From the IMG/VR virus record IMGVR_UViG_3300031454_000246, positions 1-24,886 of that record: a stretch of 24,886 bases of DNA. One strand, given 5' to 3'. Positions within the stretch are counted from its first letter, which is position 1, and the number at the start of each line of letters is the position of its first letter. Under the pieces are notes generated by a model, which was given only the letters and a program-made list of their open reading frames with translations, did not search any database and was not told the origin of the DNA. Source of the stretch: a virus. Taxonomy: Duplodnaviria; Caudoviricetes. Below, one piece after another: positions 8,637-16,260 of the stretch. The translations under genes and the position numbers were made by a program.

Positions 8637-8671
8637 CCGGGGGTAGTTGACGCGGGCCGTCGCCACGCCCC
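8500..8671 (+). ncRNA. TnpB omegaRNA/reRNA scaffold plus flank-derived guide (starting 8652)
   Basis: Overlaps the 3' end of tnpB; hairpins GCTAGCA/TGCTAGC, TTCCGGC/GCCGGAA and the right-end hairpin; GTCAAC 8568-73 complementary to terminal GTTGAC 8646-51; 5' end approximate. Confidence 0.7.
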
Positions 8672-8688
8672 GGCGACGACGGCCCGCG
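8651..8688. terminator. GC-rich stem-loop downstream of the tail tube gene
   Basis: CGCGGGCCGTCG...CGACGGCCCGCG 12-bp inverted repeat; no U tract. Confidence 0.45.
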
Positions 8689-8710
8689 CCATGCTCTGAT
8701 AGCTGTTGTG

Positions 8711-9367
8711 CTAACTGCGGATAGTATCGCCACTGACCTTAATTGTTACTGAGGCTGACATCCGGTCATTCATCGGCGTCGTGACCGGATACGTGGTCAC
8801 CAGTCCCGCGAACGCGTCAACCACGGTCGGGGTGAGCGGGTAGATGATGCGGAAATTGCGGAGCTGCTTGTCGCGGAACGCCTTGAAGAGTCCGGTGAGG
8901 TTGTCCTGGGTGGCGTCCGTGGGGAGCCAGTTGAAGCTGATCGACATGTCGCCCGGGTCGGTCAGTCCGCTCGCGAACTGCATGTTGCCGTTCGGGGAGA
9001 GGTAGTGCGTCGTCTCGAAGGTCGAGGTGGTCGGGGCGGGCGGGGTGATGTCGCTCACCTCGGCGATGGTGGCGAAGTTCTCGCCGCCCTGCGCCGTGTC
9101 GCCCGCGATGAGCGCCGCCGCCAGCGGCTTCACGATCAGACTCGCCGCGCCGACGATCGCCGCCGCCGTCAGCTCGGCGCTCTTGCCGACGCCGAAGATC
9201 AGGATCGTGCCGGACGCCAGCGCCACGGTGGTCGCGGTGACGGGCACGGTGGTCGCGCCGATTGCCGCGCCGCCCGTGCCGACCACGACCGGGGCGCTGG
9301 TCGCCCCGTCGCCCATCTGGAATCGTGTCCCGAAGCCGCTCCGGGCTCGTGCCATACTCGCGCTCAT
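8711..9367 (-). CDS. Major tail tube protein with an internal Ala/Val/Thr-rich insertion
   Basis: GFGT.F..GDG...E.F..IAEV.DITPP...ETTH..SP......GL.DPG.....NW.P; C-terminal SVTIKVSG. Confidence 0.85.
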   Translation of the reverse strand: MSASMARARSGFGTRFQMGDGATSAPVVVGTGGAAIGATTVPVTATTVALASGTILIFGVGKSAELTAAAIVGAASLIVKPLAAALIAGDTAQGGENFATIAEVSDITPPAPTTSTFETTHYLSPNGNMQFASGLTDPGDMSISFNWLPTDATQDNLTGLFKAFRDKQLRNFRIIYPLTPTVVDAFAGLVTTYPVTTPMNDRMSASVTIKVSGDTIRS

Positions 9368-9434
9368 CTGCTCGCTCCTGCTCTGCGCCGTGATGGCGCG
9401 GTATCATTCGTCCTGGGACGCGCTACGGTGCCGC

Positions 9435-9791
9435 TCAGACCGTCTGGCGCGGCAGGGGGGTCGGATCGGGCACGCCGCCCGTGCGGATGTAGGCGCGCAT
9501 CGCGTCCTCGTCCAGGGTGTCGAAACGCCCGTCGTTGGCGCTGTAGTGCGGACGCCCGGACCACATGCCCACGGTGTAGCCGACGCGCGTCTCGTCCGGC
9601 GCGGCGGCCTCGCGCAAAGCGTCGATCTGCTGATCGAGGACCGCAGCCTGCGCGACCTCGGCGCTCGCCTGCTGGGCCTCGGCGCGCTCCTGGTGCGCCT
9701 CCACGACCGCGACCTGGGCGGCCTCCAACTGGTTCTCCGCCTTGCTCACGTCCTGCTCGGCGGCGTCTACGGGGTTCTTCCGGTTCGGCAT
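9435..9791 (-). CDS. Hypothetical coiled-coil protein
   Basis: AAGGAGGG SD; fills the operon gap between tail terminator and tail tube. Confidence 0.7.
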   Translation of the reverse strand: MPNRKNPVDAAEQDVSKAENQLEAAQVAVVEAHQERAEAQQASAEVAQAAVLDQQIDALREAAAPDETRVGYTVGMWSGRPHYSANDGRFDTLDEDAMRAYIRTGGVPDPTPLPRQTV

Positions 9792-9807
9792 CGGGTTCCC
9801 TCCTTGG

Positions 9808-10212
9808 CTATACGGGCAACAGGCTCGGTGCCTTCGCCGCCTCGAAACTGATCGCGATCCTTGACCGCTGGCTCTCGTCCTCGCCGAGCGGGACGGGCGG
9901 GCCGAGCGGGGTGATCCGGTGGTAGTGGGTGCCGTTGACGACGCGCTCCCTGACCGCCCCTAACGTCCGCGCGCACCGCTCGATGCGGAGGCGCGCGGCG
10001 GCGTAGTCGGGATCGCGGCACTCGATCTGACAACGCGGCCATTCCTCGGTGGGGTCGGTGCCGCCGTACAGATAGTCGGGGGCGCTGCCGCCGTACTCGC
10101 GGATCGCCAGGGCGGCGTCGGGGGAGTCCGGTAGCCGCGCCAGGAAGATCGTCTCCCCGATCGTGCCGAGTCCCGCCTCGACCAGCAGCGCGGCCACGTC
10201 ATCGAGGACCAC
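9808..10212 (-). CDS. Tail terminator / 'minor capsid protein' family
   Basis: IFLARLPDSPD.AL.I.EYGG...P..QI..R..DY...P..LG.DE..R; position after the gp10-like gene. Confidence 0.75.
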   Translation of the reverse strand: MVLDDVAALLVEAGLGTIGETIFLARLPDSPDAALAIREYGGSAPDYLYGGTDPTEEWPRCQIECRDPDYAAARLRIERCARTLGAVRERVVNGTHYHRITPLGPPVPLGEDESQRSRIAISFEAAKAPSLLPV

Positions 10213-10214
10213 GA

Positions 10215-10613
10215 TCAGCCCCCGATCTCGCGCGCCACGCGCGCCCCGACCCGCTCGCCCAGCCCCTTGGCACCCTCGACAAAAGGGACCTCGGCGAACT
10301 TGGCCTGGCGTCCGGGCATGTGCCGCACGCTCAGGTCTTCGTGTACTTTTTCCGCGTAGTCCGCCGTGGCCGCATCGCCATAGCTGATCGCGACCGAGAC
10401 GCTGTTACCGCTGACCTCCGGATTGTGGAGTTCGCCGCTCTTCTGGAGGGCGGTGGTATCCACAGGGACCAGGTCCTGCGAGCGATCGAAGACCGGCGCG
10501 GCCTCGGCGTGCAGCGCCCGACCGATCGCGGGGAGGAGTTGGGCGCGCGTGGCCCGCAGTCCGCGCAGCGCCTCGGTGAGTCCGGTGATCTGGATGGTGT
10601 TCCCGGTCGCCAT
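10215..10613 (-). CDS. HK97 gp10-like neck/tail completion protein
   Basis: ITGL..., SQDLVPVDT..L..S, YA..VHE and QAKF.E.P motifs. Confidence 0.8.
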   Translation of the reverse strand: MATGNTIQITGLTEALRGLRATRAQLLPAIGRALHAEAAPVFDRSQDLVPVDTTALQKSGELHNPEVSGNSVSVAISYGDAATADYAEKVHEDLSVRHMPGRQAKFAEVPFVEGAKGLGERVGARVAREIGG

Positions 10614-10625
10614 CGCGCGCCTCCG

Positions 10626-10853
10626 CTACTTCGCTTCAGCGAAGTCGATGTAGTACTCCTTGCCCAGTTCGAGTTTTCCAACCGCATCCGGGTTGCTGAT
10701 CGTCATCTTCAACTCGCCATTCGGACTCGCCTTCCAGAAAGCGTGATTCTCGCTCTCGGGATCGGGCGAGTAGACCGGATTCATCGTGATCGTCTCGCCC
10801 TCGAACTGGTAATTGCGGAGGATGCTGGTAACGGTGAATTTCGCGCGCAGCAT
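10626..10853 (-). CDS. Small hypothetical phage protein (75 aa)
   Basis: RAKF.V...EN..FWKASP.G...I.NP...G.EYYIDF; AAGGAG SD; lower GC than its neighbours. Confidence 0.8.
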   Translation of the reverse strand: MLRAKFTVTSILRNYQFEGETITMNPVYSPDPESENHAFWKASPNGELKMTISNPDAVGKLELGKEYYIDFAEAK

Positions 10854-10862
10854 GTTCGCTCC

Positions 10863-11237
10863 TTACAGATACAAGATTGTTTCGTGCGTGCCGCTTGCGC
10901 CCGGCACGGTGGCGATGGCGACGATGCCGGGGGAAGTGCCATCGGGGAGGGTCAGCCTGTCCTCCGTGCCGATCGTCGGCCCGCCCGCGAGCGTTACCAT
11001 CGTCGTGCTGGCCCGCTGATCGCCGCTCGCCGTCCTGACCAGTTGGTTCTTCCCCTCGACCCGCGCTGGATAGGTCGCCGGTGCCCCGTAGGTCGGTTTG
11101 CCGTAGCTGTCGCGGATGATGCTGCCATCGGTGCGGCGCGCGACGGGGCGAATCGTCACGGTCTGCCCCAGCCGCGCGGTCAACTCGGCTTCCCGCGCGG
11201 CGATTGCCGGGGCGAGCCAGTTGCTCAGTACGGGCAT
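10863..11237 (-). CDS. Head closure/stopper-like protein
   Basis: TVTI...DSYG.P.Y....YPARVE...DRLTLPDG; GAGG SD; position after the adaptor. Confidence 0.7.
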   Translation of the reverse strand: MPVLSNWLAPAIAAREAELTARLGQTVTIRPVARRTDGSIIRDSYGKPTYGAPATYPARVEGKNQLVRTASGDQRASTTMVTLAGGPTIGTEDRLTLPDGTSPGIVAIATVPGASGTHETILYL

Positions 11238-11584
11238 GTCAACCTCGACACATCCGCCGGTGACAATCGCGCCGGTTCGCCAGCCACCATCCCGAGCATC
11301 GCCACCTGCTGTGCGCCGCCCGCCAGCTCCGCCGCGACCAGCCCGTAGAGCGACTTCAGGTGATCGAAAACCTGTTGCTTGTCCTCGCGGTGCTGCCCGG
11401 TCGTGTAGGCGTTCAGGCGTGCGGCCTGCGTCAGCAGTTGCCACAGCCCGCGCAGGAGCGCACCCTGGTAGTCGCCATCCTCACGCGCCAGCAGATTGGT
11501 CAGCTCAGGATCCGGGAATGCGGGCGGCGTGCCGACATCGCCCAGGTCCTGCCGCAGGTCGGCGATCGAGAGGGTGTAGGCCAC
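11225..11584 (-). CDS. Head-tail adaptor/connector protein
   Basis: LR..LGD.....F.D.EL..LL N-terminal motif; position after the capsid gene. Confidence 0.7.
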   Translation of the reverse strand: MAYTLSIADLRQDLGDVGTPPAFPDPELTNLLAREDGDYQGALLRGLWQLLTQAARLNAYTTGQHREDKQQVFDHLKSLYGLVAAELAGGAQQVAMLGMVAGEPARLSPADVSRLTCPY

Positions 11585-11594
11585 CGCGCGCCCC

Positions 11595-11954
11595 CTACTC
11601 GACCACGATCAGGCGGCCGCAGATGCAGGGGATCGTGACCCCCGGCCCGAGCCGATCGGCGGGCCATACCGCGTTGCAGCCCGCGCAGGTGACGGTCTTC
11701 GGCGCGTCGCGCTTCCCGGCGAGCGCCACGGTCAACTGGGCGGGCTCCGTGCTACCCGGCGTCATCACGCCCGGCGCGGTGGCGTTGGTGACGGCTGCCG
11801 GGTCCGCCAGACCCGGATCGACCGTCACTCCGCCCGCGCCCTGCGCTTGCGCGGCGAGCGCGTCGGCGAGTCGTGCCGACTCGGCCTCCTGCGCCACTTT
11901 CGCCGCCGCCTCGGCCTTCTGCGCGGCCAGTTCCGCCGCTGTCTTCGCTGCCAT
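11595..11954 (-). CDS. Hypothetical Ala-rich protein with a C-terminal Zn-ribbon
   Basis: GGAGG SD; CAGC...CICG at the C-terminus. Confidence 0.7.
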   Translation of the reverse strand: MAAKTAAELAAQKAEAAAKVAQEAESARLADALAAQAQGAGGVTVDPGLADPAAVTNATAPGVMTPGSTEPAQLTVALAGKRDAPKTVTCAGCNAVWPADRLGPGVTIPCICGRLIVVE

Positions 11955-12007
11955 GTCCGCCTCCGTGGTTATCGTCTACCTGTCATCGCGCCCATGTGCG
12001 CCCAGTA

Positions 12008-13039
12008 TTAGGACGCCGGGAGGGTGATCCGCTCCGCCGTGGCCGCGACGTCGGCGAGGAACCCGTGCAGCCCGCGCCCGACGATCTGCTGCGCGATCAG
12101 GCGACTCAGGTCGGCGTCGCCCTGCGCGAACGCGAGATCCATCTTCTCTAGGTGGATCAGGCCGGTCCCGGCTCGCACGCCGTAGCAGGTCTTCGCCGCG
12201 ACGCCCGGATAGCTGAAGCTCTTGGTCACGTTGCCATAATTGAGTTGGGTGGACCAGCCGTCGTACTCGATGATCGTGAAATCGTCGACGCTCGCGAGCG
12301 GATTGAGGTTCGCCCCCGTCCGGTAGGCCAGCGCGTCGCGGATGTCGGCGGTGTCCTGGCTGTTGCAGAGCAGATAGTTCCAGGCGCGCGACTTCGGCAC
12401 GCTCGCCGCGTCCACGGCCATCTTGGCGTGCCGCTGCGCCGCCCGCAGCGTGTTGCGGATCCGCTCCTGGTAGGTCACCCCGGCGGTGGCGTCGGCGGCG
12501 GTGATGTTGGCCGCGCCGTAGGCGAACGTCAGCAGCGGGCCGAGTCCCTTGTGGTTGAGCATGGCATTCCACGCCCGGCCGAACTCGAGGTTCGCATCCT
12601 CGATCTGACTGAGGTAGTTGAAGTCGATCATCCGCTGGGTGTATTGGATCCCCGCGGCGGCTTCCTTGATCGGGATATTCCCCTTCGCCCCTTTGGCCAG
12701 GGTGCCGAAGTGGATCTCGCCGCCCTCCTGATGATCGAAGAACATGATCCCCCACTTCGGGTTCGCGATGTTCGTCGGCACCAGCTCGGGGAAGTTGGGG
12801 TCGCGGCGGATCGTGTAGAGCGGGTCGAAGAGGGTGGGGTTGTCAGCCCGGCCCTCGCTGACATCGATCTCGACCTTGTTGGCGACGAAGTCCGCGGCGG
12901 TGATGTCGCTCGACGTGACGAGCTCCTGCACCGTCGAGACCGGCCACTCGGCGTGCTCGATCGGTCGTCGCGTCCCCGCCAGCACGGCCGCGCGCCGCTC
13001 CGCCAGGAGCACGTCGCGGGAGATGACCCGGATTGGCAT
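12008..13039 (-). CDS. Major capsid protein (343 aa)
   Basis: Size and position after protease and decoration genes; EGGEIHFG; AGGAAGG SD before MPIRVIS. Confidence 0.8.
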   Translation of the reverse strand: MPIRVISRDVLLAERRAAVLAGTRRPIEHAEWPVSTVQELVTSSDITAADFVANKVEIDVSEGRADNPTLFDPLYTIRRDPNFPELVPTNIANPKWGIMFFDHQEGGEIHFGTLAKGAKGNIPIKEAAAGIQYTQRMIDFNYLSQIEDANLEFGRAWNAMLNHKGLGPLLTFAYGAANITAADATAGVTYQERIRNTLRAAQRHAKMAVDAASVPKSRAWNYLLCNSQDTADIRDALAYRTGANLNPLASVDDFTIIEYDGWSTQLNYGNVTKSFSYPGVAAKTCYGVRAGTGLIHLEKMDLAFAQGDADLSRLIAQQIVGRGLHGFLADVAATAERITLPAS

Positions 13040-13088
13040 GCGTCTGTCCTTCCTGCGCTCGTGCGCTCCCGTGGTGCGGCGTCGCCGC

Positions 13089-13424
13089 CTAGCTGATGTT
13101 GAGGATCCGCGCGCCGACGATCCCGGCGGCATCGCGGATTTTCTCGACTTTGGCGAACGCCCGGTTCCCCGCCGTCGCATCCGCCGGGCCGACCAGCGCG
13201 CCCGCCGTGGTGATCTGGATCACGTCGCCGCGCGCCGCGCCGACCCCCGCCGGGGTGGCGAAGTAGTGCAAGTAGGTCGGATCGACCTCCAGTGCCACCA
13301 GCGCGCCGGTCGCCGCGTCCGTGACGTAGACCCCGTTCCACCCGTCGATCCGCGCCGGGGTGCCGCGCACCACCGCCGCGGGGGCGGTCACGTCGATCGC
13401 CTTGCCGTCCGAGTATCGTGCCAT
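13089..13424 (-). CDS. Head decoration / capsid cement protein (DUF2190-like)
   Basis: SDGKAIDVTAPA.V..G...G..V.L.V; 111 aa; between scaffold and capsid genes. Confidence 0.7.
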   Translation of the reverse strand: MARYSDGKAIDVTAPAAVVRGTPARIDGWNGVYVTDAATGALVALEVDPTYLHYFATPAGVGAARGDVIQITTAGALVGPADATAGNRAFAKVEKIRDAAGIVGARILNIS

Positions 13425-13463
13425 CGCGCGTCCCTCCGTGTTGCGCCCGTGCTGTCGCCGGGC

Positions 13464-14012
13464 CTAGTACTCGCGCGGCGTTCGCGCGAACTTGCTCTCG
13501 CCCGTGCCGTGGCGGGCGGTCAGGGGGTCGGCGCTGCGGGTCACCATCGTCGGCTTCCCGCCGGTCGGCGCGGCCTTGACCAGGGTGGCGACCATCTCGG
13601 TCACCGTCTCGTCGCCGAGCGTCGCGGTCAGCGCGCGGTCGGCCTCGGCGATCGTCCGCTCGCGCATCTCCGCGACGACCAGGCGGCGCACCGTGGCGCG
13701 GGCCTTCGTCGCGGATGCGGCCGGCGCGTCCTTGGCGACCCGCTCGGCGAGCTGCGCGTCGAGGTGGCTGTCCACCGCCTGGCGGGCGGCCGTCTCGGCA
13801 GCCTCGCGTTGCGCGGTGGCCATCTCGGTCACGGTGGTGACGACCTTCGCGACCGGGGCATCCTCAGCCAGTCCCAGCGCCTCGCGCACCGGGGCGAGCT
13901 GGGCGTCGACCGCGGTGCGGCGCTCGCTCTCGATGTGCTCGCGCACCGCCTGGGGGAGCTGGGCCATCTCGGAGACGGTCAGGGTCTGGATGATCTCGCT
14001 GCGGTTGGTCAT
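13464..14012 (-). CDS. Nested in-frame scaffold protein (182 aa)
   Basis: Strong internal SD GAGGGAGG (14017-14024) just before the ATG at 14012 (MTNRSE). Confidence 0.55.
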   Translation of the reverse strand: MTNRSEIIQTLTVSEMAQLPQAVREHIESERRTAVDAQLAPVREALGLAEDAPVAKVVTTVTEMATAQREAAETAARQAVDSHLDAQLAERVAKDAPAASATKARATVRRLVVAEMRERTIAEADRALTATLGDETVTEMVATLVKAAPTGGKPTMVTRSADPLTARHGTGESKFARTPREY

Positions 14013-14774
14013 GCTGCCTCCCTCGCTGTAACGTTCGGACGAACTCTGTACGGCGACGACGAGCGGTTCGTGCCCCGCCTGCGCCGGATCATCGGCGGTG
14101 CGACCATTCGCCGTGACGGTGATGCTGACGGACGCGCCCGGCTCGGCGGACTGCATCTCGCGGCGCAACTGCCCGGCGATCGTCTGGGCGAGCTTGTCGG
14201 TCTGGGCGGCGGTCATCTCCGCCGAGAGGGCGAAGCCGCCCCCGAACTCCATGCCCGCGCGGCTGGCGGGGGCGAAGTCGATGCTCTCCAGGTTGCCGCC
14301 GGTCTGCACGCGCATCGCGCCGGTCGCCGCGTCGTGGATCTGCTGATAGCGCCCGTAGATCGACGTCGCCACCTTATGCCCGGAGGCCTTCGCGCGGCGC
14401 AGGAAGTCGCGGGTGTCGCGGGCGTAGGGCGGGATATAACCCTTGCCGTAGGCGGTGTCACCCTCCACGGTCGCGCCGAGCCAGAGGACCTCGGGGCGAT
14501 CGTAGCGGGTGGCGCGCTCGCCCTCGGTGATGTGGCCGAGGATGCCGCCCGGTCGGTCGCGGTTCACCTGCGCGGCGATCTCGGCGACCACGGCCGCGTC
14601 GTAGTAGCGCCCGTTCCGGCTCTTGCCAACCTTCGCAATCGGCAGGGTGACGAAGAGCGGGTTGTCGTCGCCGTCGGTCAGCGCGGCCTGGTCGATGCCC
14701 GGCGCGAATGGCACGGCGGGCAGATTCGGCGCGGCGAGTTCGGCGATGATGTAGTCGCGCAACGCATCCGGCAT
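13464..14774 (-). CDS. Prohead protease-scaffold protein (436 aa)
   Basis: SRNGRYY, LGH, TSIYG and ESIDFAP..RAG resemble phage prohead protease folds; helical C-terminal half. Confidence 0.75.
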   Translation of the reverse strand: MPDALRDYIIAELAAPNLPAVPFAPGIDQAALTDGDDNPLFVTLPIAKVGKSRNGRYYDAAVVAEIAAQVNRDRPGGILGHITEGERATRYDRPEVLWLGATVEGDTAYGKGYIPPYARDTRDFLRRAKASGHKVATSIYGRYQQIHDAATGAMRVQTGGNLESIDFAPASRAGMEFGGGFALSAEMTAAQTDKLAQTIAGQLRREMQSAEPGASVSITVTANGRTADDPAQAGHEPLVVAVQSSSERYSEGGSMTNRSEIIQTLTVSEMAQLPQAVREHIESERRTAVDAQLAPVREALGLAEDAPVAKVVTTVTEMATAQREAAETAARQAVDSHLDAQLAERVAKDAPAASATKARATVRRLVVAEMRERTIAEADRALTATLGDETVTEMVATLVKAAPTGGKPTMVTRSADPLTARHGTGESKFARTPREY

Positions 14775-14793
14775 ACCCGCTCCCGACTCCCGA

Positions 14794-14846
14794 CAAACGC
14801 AAAGAGGCCCACGGTGGGGAGTCGTATGACTCCGCCATCGTGGGCC
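14794..14846 (-). terminator. Leader hairpin with T-rich tail (attenuator-like) before the capsid operon
   Basis: GGCCCACGATGGCGGAGTC-ATAC-GACTCCCCACCGTGGGCC followed by TCTTTGCGTTTG. Confidence 0.65.
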
Positions 14847-14876
14847 GTGCAAGCCCGTTCTTTGATTATGGCAACA

Positions 14877-14905
14877 ATACTAACGTTCCAGTGGCACGCT
14901 GTCAA
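14877..14905 (-). promoter_or_regulatory. Sigma70/SigA-type promoter for the capsid operon
   Basis: TTGACA-N17-TAGTAT; the -10 overlaps the Zn-ribbon gene stop codon. Confidence 0.7.
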
Positions 14906-15101
14906 GCACGACGGTTTTGCGCCCGCACTTGTCGCACTGTACCCGCACAGGCAGGTAGGCATCGACGCCACGCCCCTTGTGGCGCAGGTGAAGGCAACCG
15001 TTCGCCACGACGCCGAGCTGCACCCCGCACCGGCAAACGATCTTGCGTGCTTCGGGACCGGGCGCGGGCGGCGGCAGCGGCGATGCGATCACGGCAACCA
15101 T
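14880..15101 (-). CDS. Com-like zinc-ribbon protein (73 aa)
   Basis: IVCRCG..LG...VQCDKCGR; GAGGAAGGGG SD. Confidence 0.7.
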   Translation of the reverse strand: MVAVIASPLPPPAPGPEARKIVCRCGVQLGVVANGCLHLRHKGRGVDAYLPVRVQCDKCGRKTVVLDSVPLER

Positions 15102-15198
15102 CACCCCTTCCTCGCACACAGTACAGCAGTTTTCATTGAGACTGACCCGAATTCTGCTTGAGGCAGGGTAATACGCTGCGAAGTAGATGGGCCAATGT

Positions 15199-15501
15199 TT
15201 ATGAAATTCGCTGTAACCGCACATCGCCGAGCCGATCGAGCGTGAAGTCCGCCGAGCCGTCCTTGCGCCGATAGGGGCGCGCCTCGGCGGTGAATGCGAT
15301 CCGCGCCCCCAGGTGCATCCTGACACACGCCAGGTCCTCGCCGAACGGCACCCACAGATGGGCATCAACCCACGCGCCGCCCGTCCACGTCACGTCGCGC
15401 AGCAGCAGTGTCAGCTGCCCACACTCGTCATCGCCGAGGCGCGCGGCCACAGCGCGGAATTGGTGACGGTGGCCGACGAGCGGGGCGAGCAGATCGCGCA
15501 T
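15199..15501 (-). CDS. Hypothetical protein (possible OB-fold)
   Basis: GGAGG SD; T.LL.DV...HLW...G..I.F.A....Y pattern. Confidence 0.65.
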   Translation of the reverse strand: MRDLLAPLVGHRHQFRAVAARLGDDECGQLTLLLRDVTWTGGAWVDAHLWVPFGEDLACVRMHLGARIAFTAEARPYRRKDGSADFTLDRLGDVRLQRIS

Positions 15502-15505
15502 CGGC

Positions 15506-15916
15506 TCATGCCTCCGGTGGCAGCGGTAAGAATGGCGCGACAACGCAGGCCAGCGCATCGACCGTCAGCTCGACCTCATAGGTGAACCGATCATCGATCA
15601 ACTGCCACTGGTTGGTGTTGTAATGCAAGATGAGGGCTTGGTGTTGCACGTCAATACCGCGCAGGTAGAGATGCGCCAATTCGTGGACCAAATGCAAACG
15701 CTGGCGCGATGGTGGGGATTCAAGGAAATAGTCGGAAAGCCGGACGAGCGCACGCCAATCGTGCTGGTTGTAGCGCACCTGCGCGCTTGCATCTTCGTTA
15801 TCGGGCAGAACATCCTCGACCGTGATCACCCAGTGCTGTAATCGGAGCGCGGGCAATAACGCCGGCAGGTACGCCCGCATCCGCTCTAGCCCCGCCTTGC
15901 GCTGCTCGGTGTCCAT
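15506..15916 (-). CDS. Zincin-like metallopeptidase (HExxH)
   Basis: LVHELAHL with a downstream E (EVE); 136 aa. Confidence 0.7.
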   Translation of the reverse strand: MDTEQRKAGLERMRAYLPALLPALRLQHWVITVEDVLPDNEDASAQVRYNQHDWRALVRLSDYFLESPPSRQRLHLVHELAHLYLRGIDVQHQALILHYNTNQWQLIDDRFTYEVELTVDALACVVAPFLPLPPEA

Positions 15917-15917
15917 G

Positions 15918-16166
15918 CTAGGCCCCCTGTTCTTTATAGCGGGCGATCTTCTCTTGCCAGTCGGGGAAACCCATCCACTGCAACACCAGCTCATTGAGGG
16001 CGACATCGCAGGCAAGGCACAGCGGTCGGTACAAATTTTGATCGGAGCAAATCTGCCACTGATGCTCGGCTGGTACGCCGCAACGAAAGCATGGCAGACG
16101 GCGAATACCAACTACCGTATAGGGCTTTCGTCGCCCATGCTTTCGTGTATCGTCCACGCCGCTCAC
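15918..16166 (-). CDS. Hypothetical Cys-rich (CxxC x2) protein
   Basis: PCFRCG...LCLACD; coupled to neighbouring genes; start at 16166 or 16157. Confidence 0.7.
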   Translation of the reverse strand: MSGVDDTRKHGRRKPYTVVGIRRLPCFRCGVPAEHQWQICSDQNLYRPLCLACDVALNELVLQWMGFPDWQEKIARYKEQGA

Positions 16167-16252
16167 ACCCCTCGCCGCGCACGCCAGTTCCGCAGCCACA
16201 GCCGCGCGCCGATTCGCGCCATGCGATAGCGGAAGCGCAGTCGCTCGGTCAT
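16163..16252 (-). CDS. Putative 29-aa basic peptide
   Basis: GAGGGG SD; MTERLRFRYRMARIGARLWLRNWRARRGV; GTGA overlap with the next gene. Confidence 0.4.
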   Translation of the reverse strand: MTERLRFRYRMARIGARLWLRNWRARRGV

Positions 16253-16260
16253 CTCGCCCC

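Larger units (their letters stand above)
7421..8651 (+). mobile_element. Non-autonomous IS200/IS605-family element (lone tnpB, IS1341-like)
   Basis: tnpB with no tnpA; right-end hairpin CTCCCGGCTTTAGCCGGGGG followed by TAGTTGAC; candidate left-end hairpin ATGCG...CGCAT at 7426-7444; left boundary inferred. Confidence 0.8.

Noticed and set aside
7386-8666. 426-aa minus-strand ORF over tnpB and 254-aa minus-strand ORF (5718-6482) over the HNH gene
   Set aside because: Antisense to clearly recognisable genes and with no motifs of their own, although they would be co-transcribed with the tail operon
12152-15161. Long plus-strand ORFs (775 aa and 314 aa; similarly 2255-3760, 17179-18267, 19208-20206)
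   Set aside because: Antisense shadows of GC-rich minus-strand genes; Arg/Gly-rich translations with no recognisable motifs
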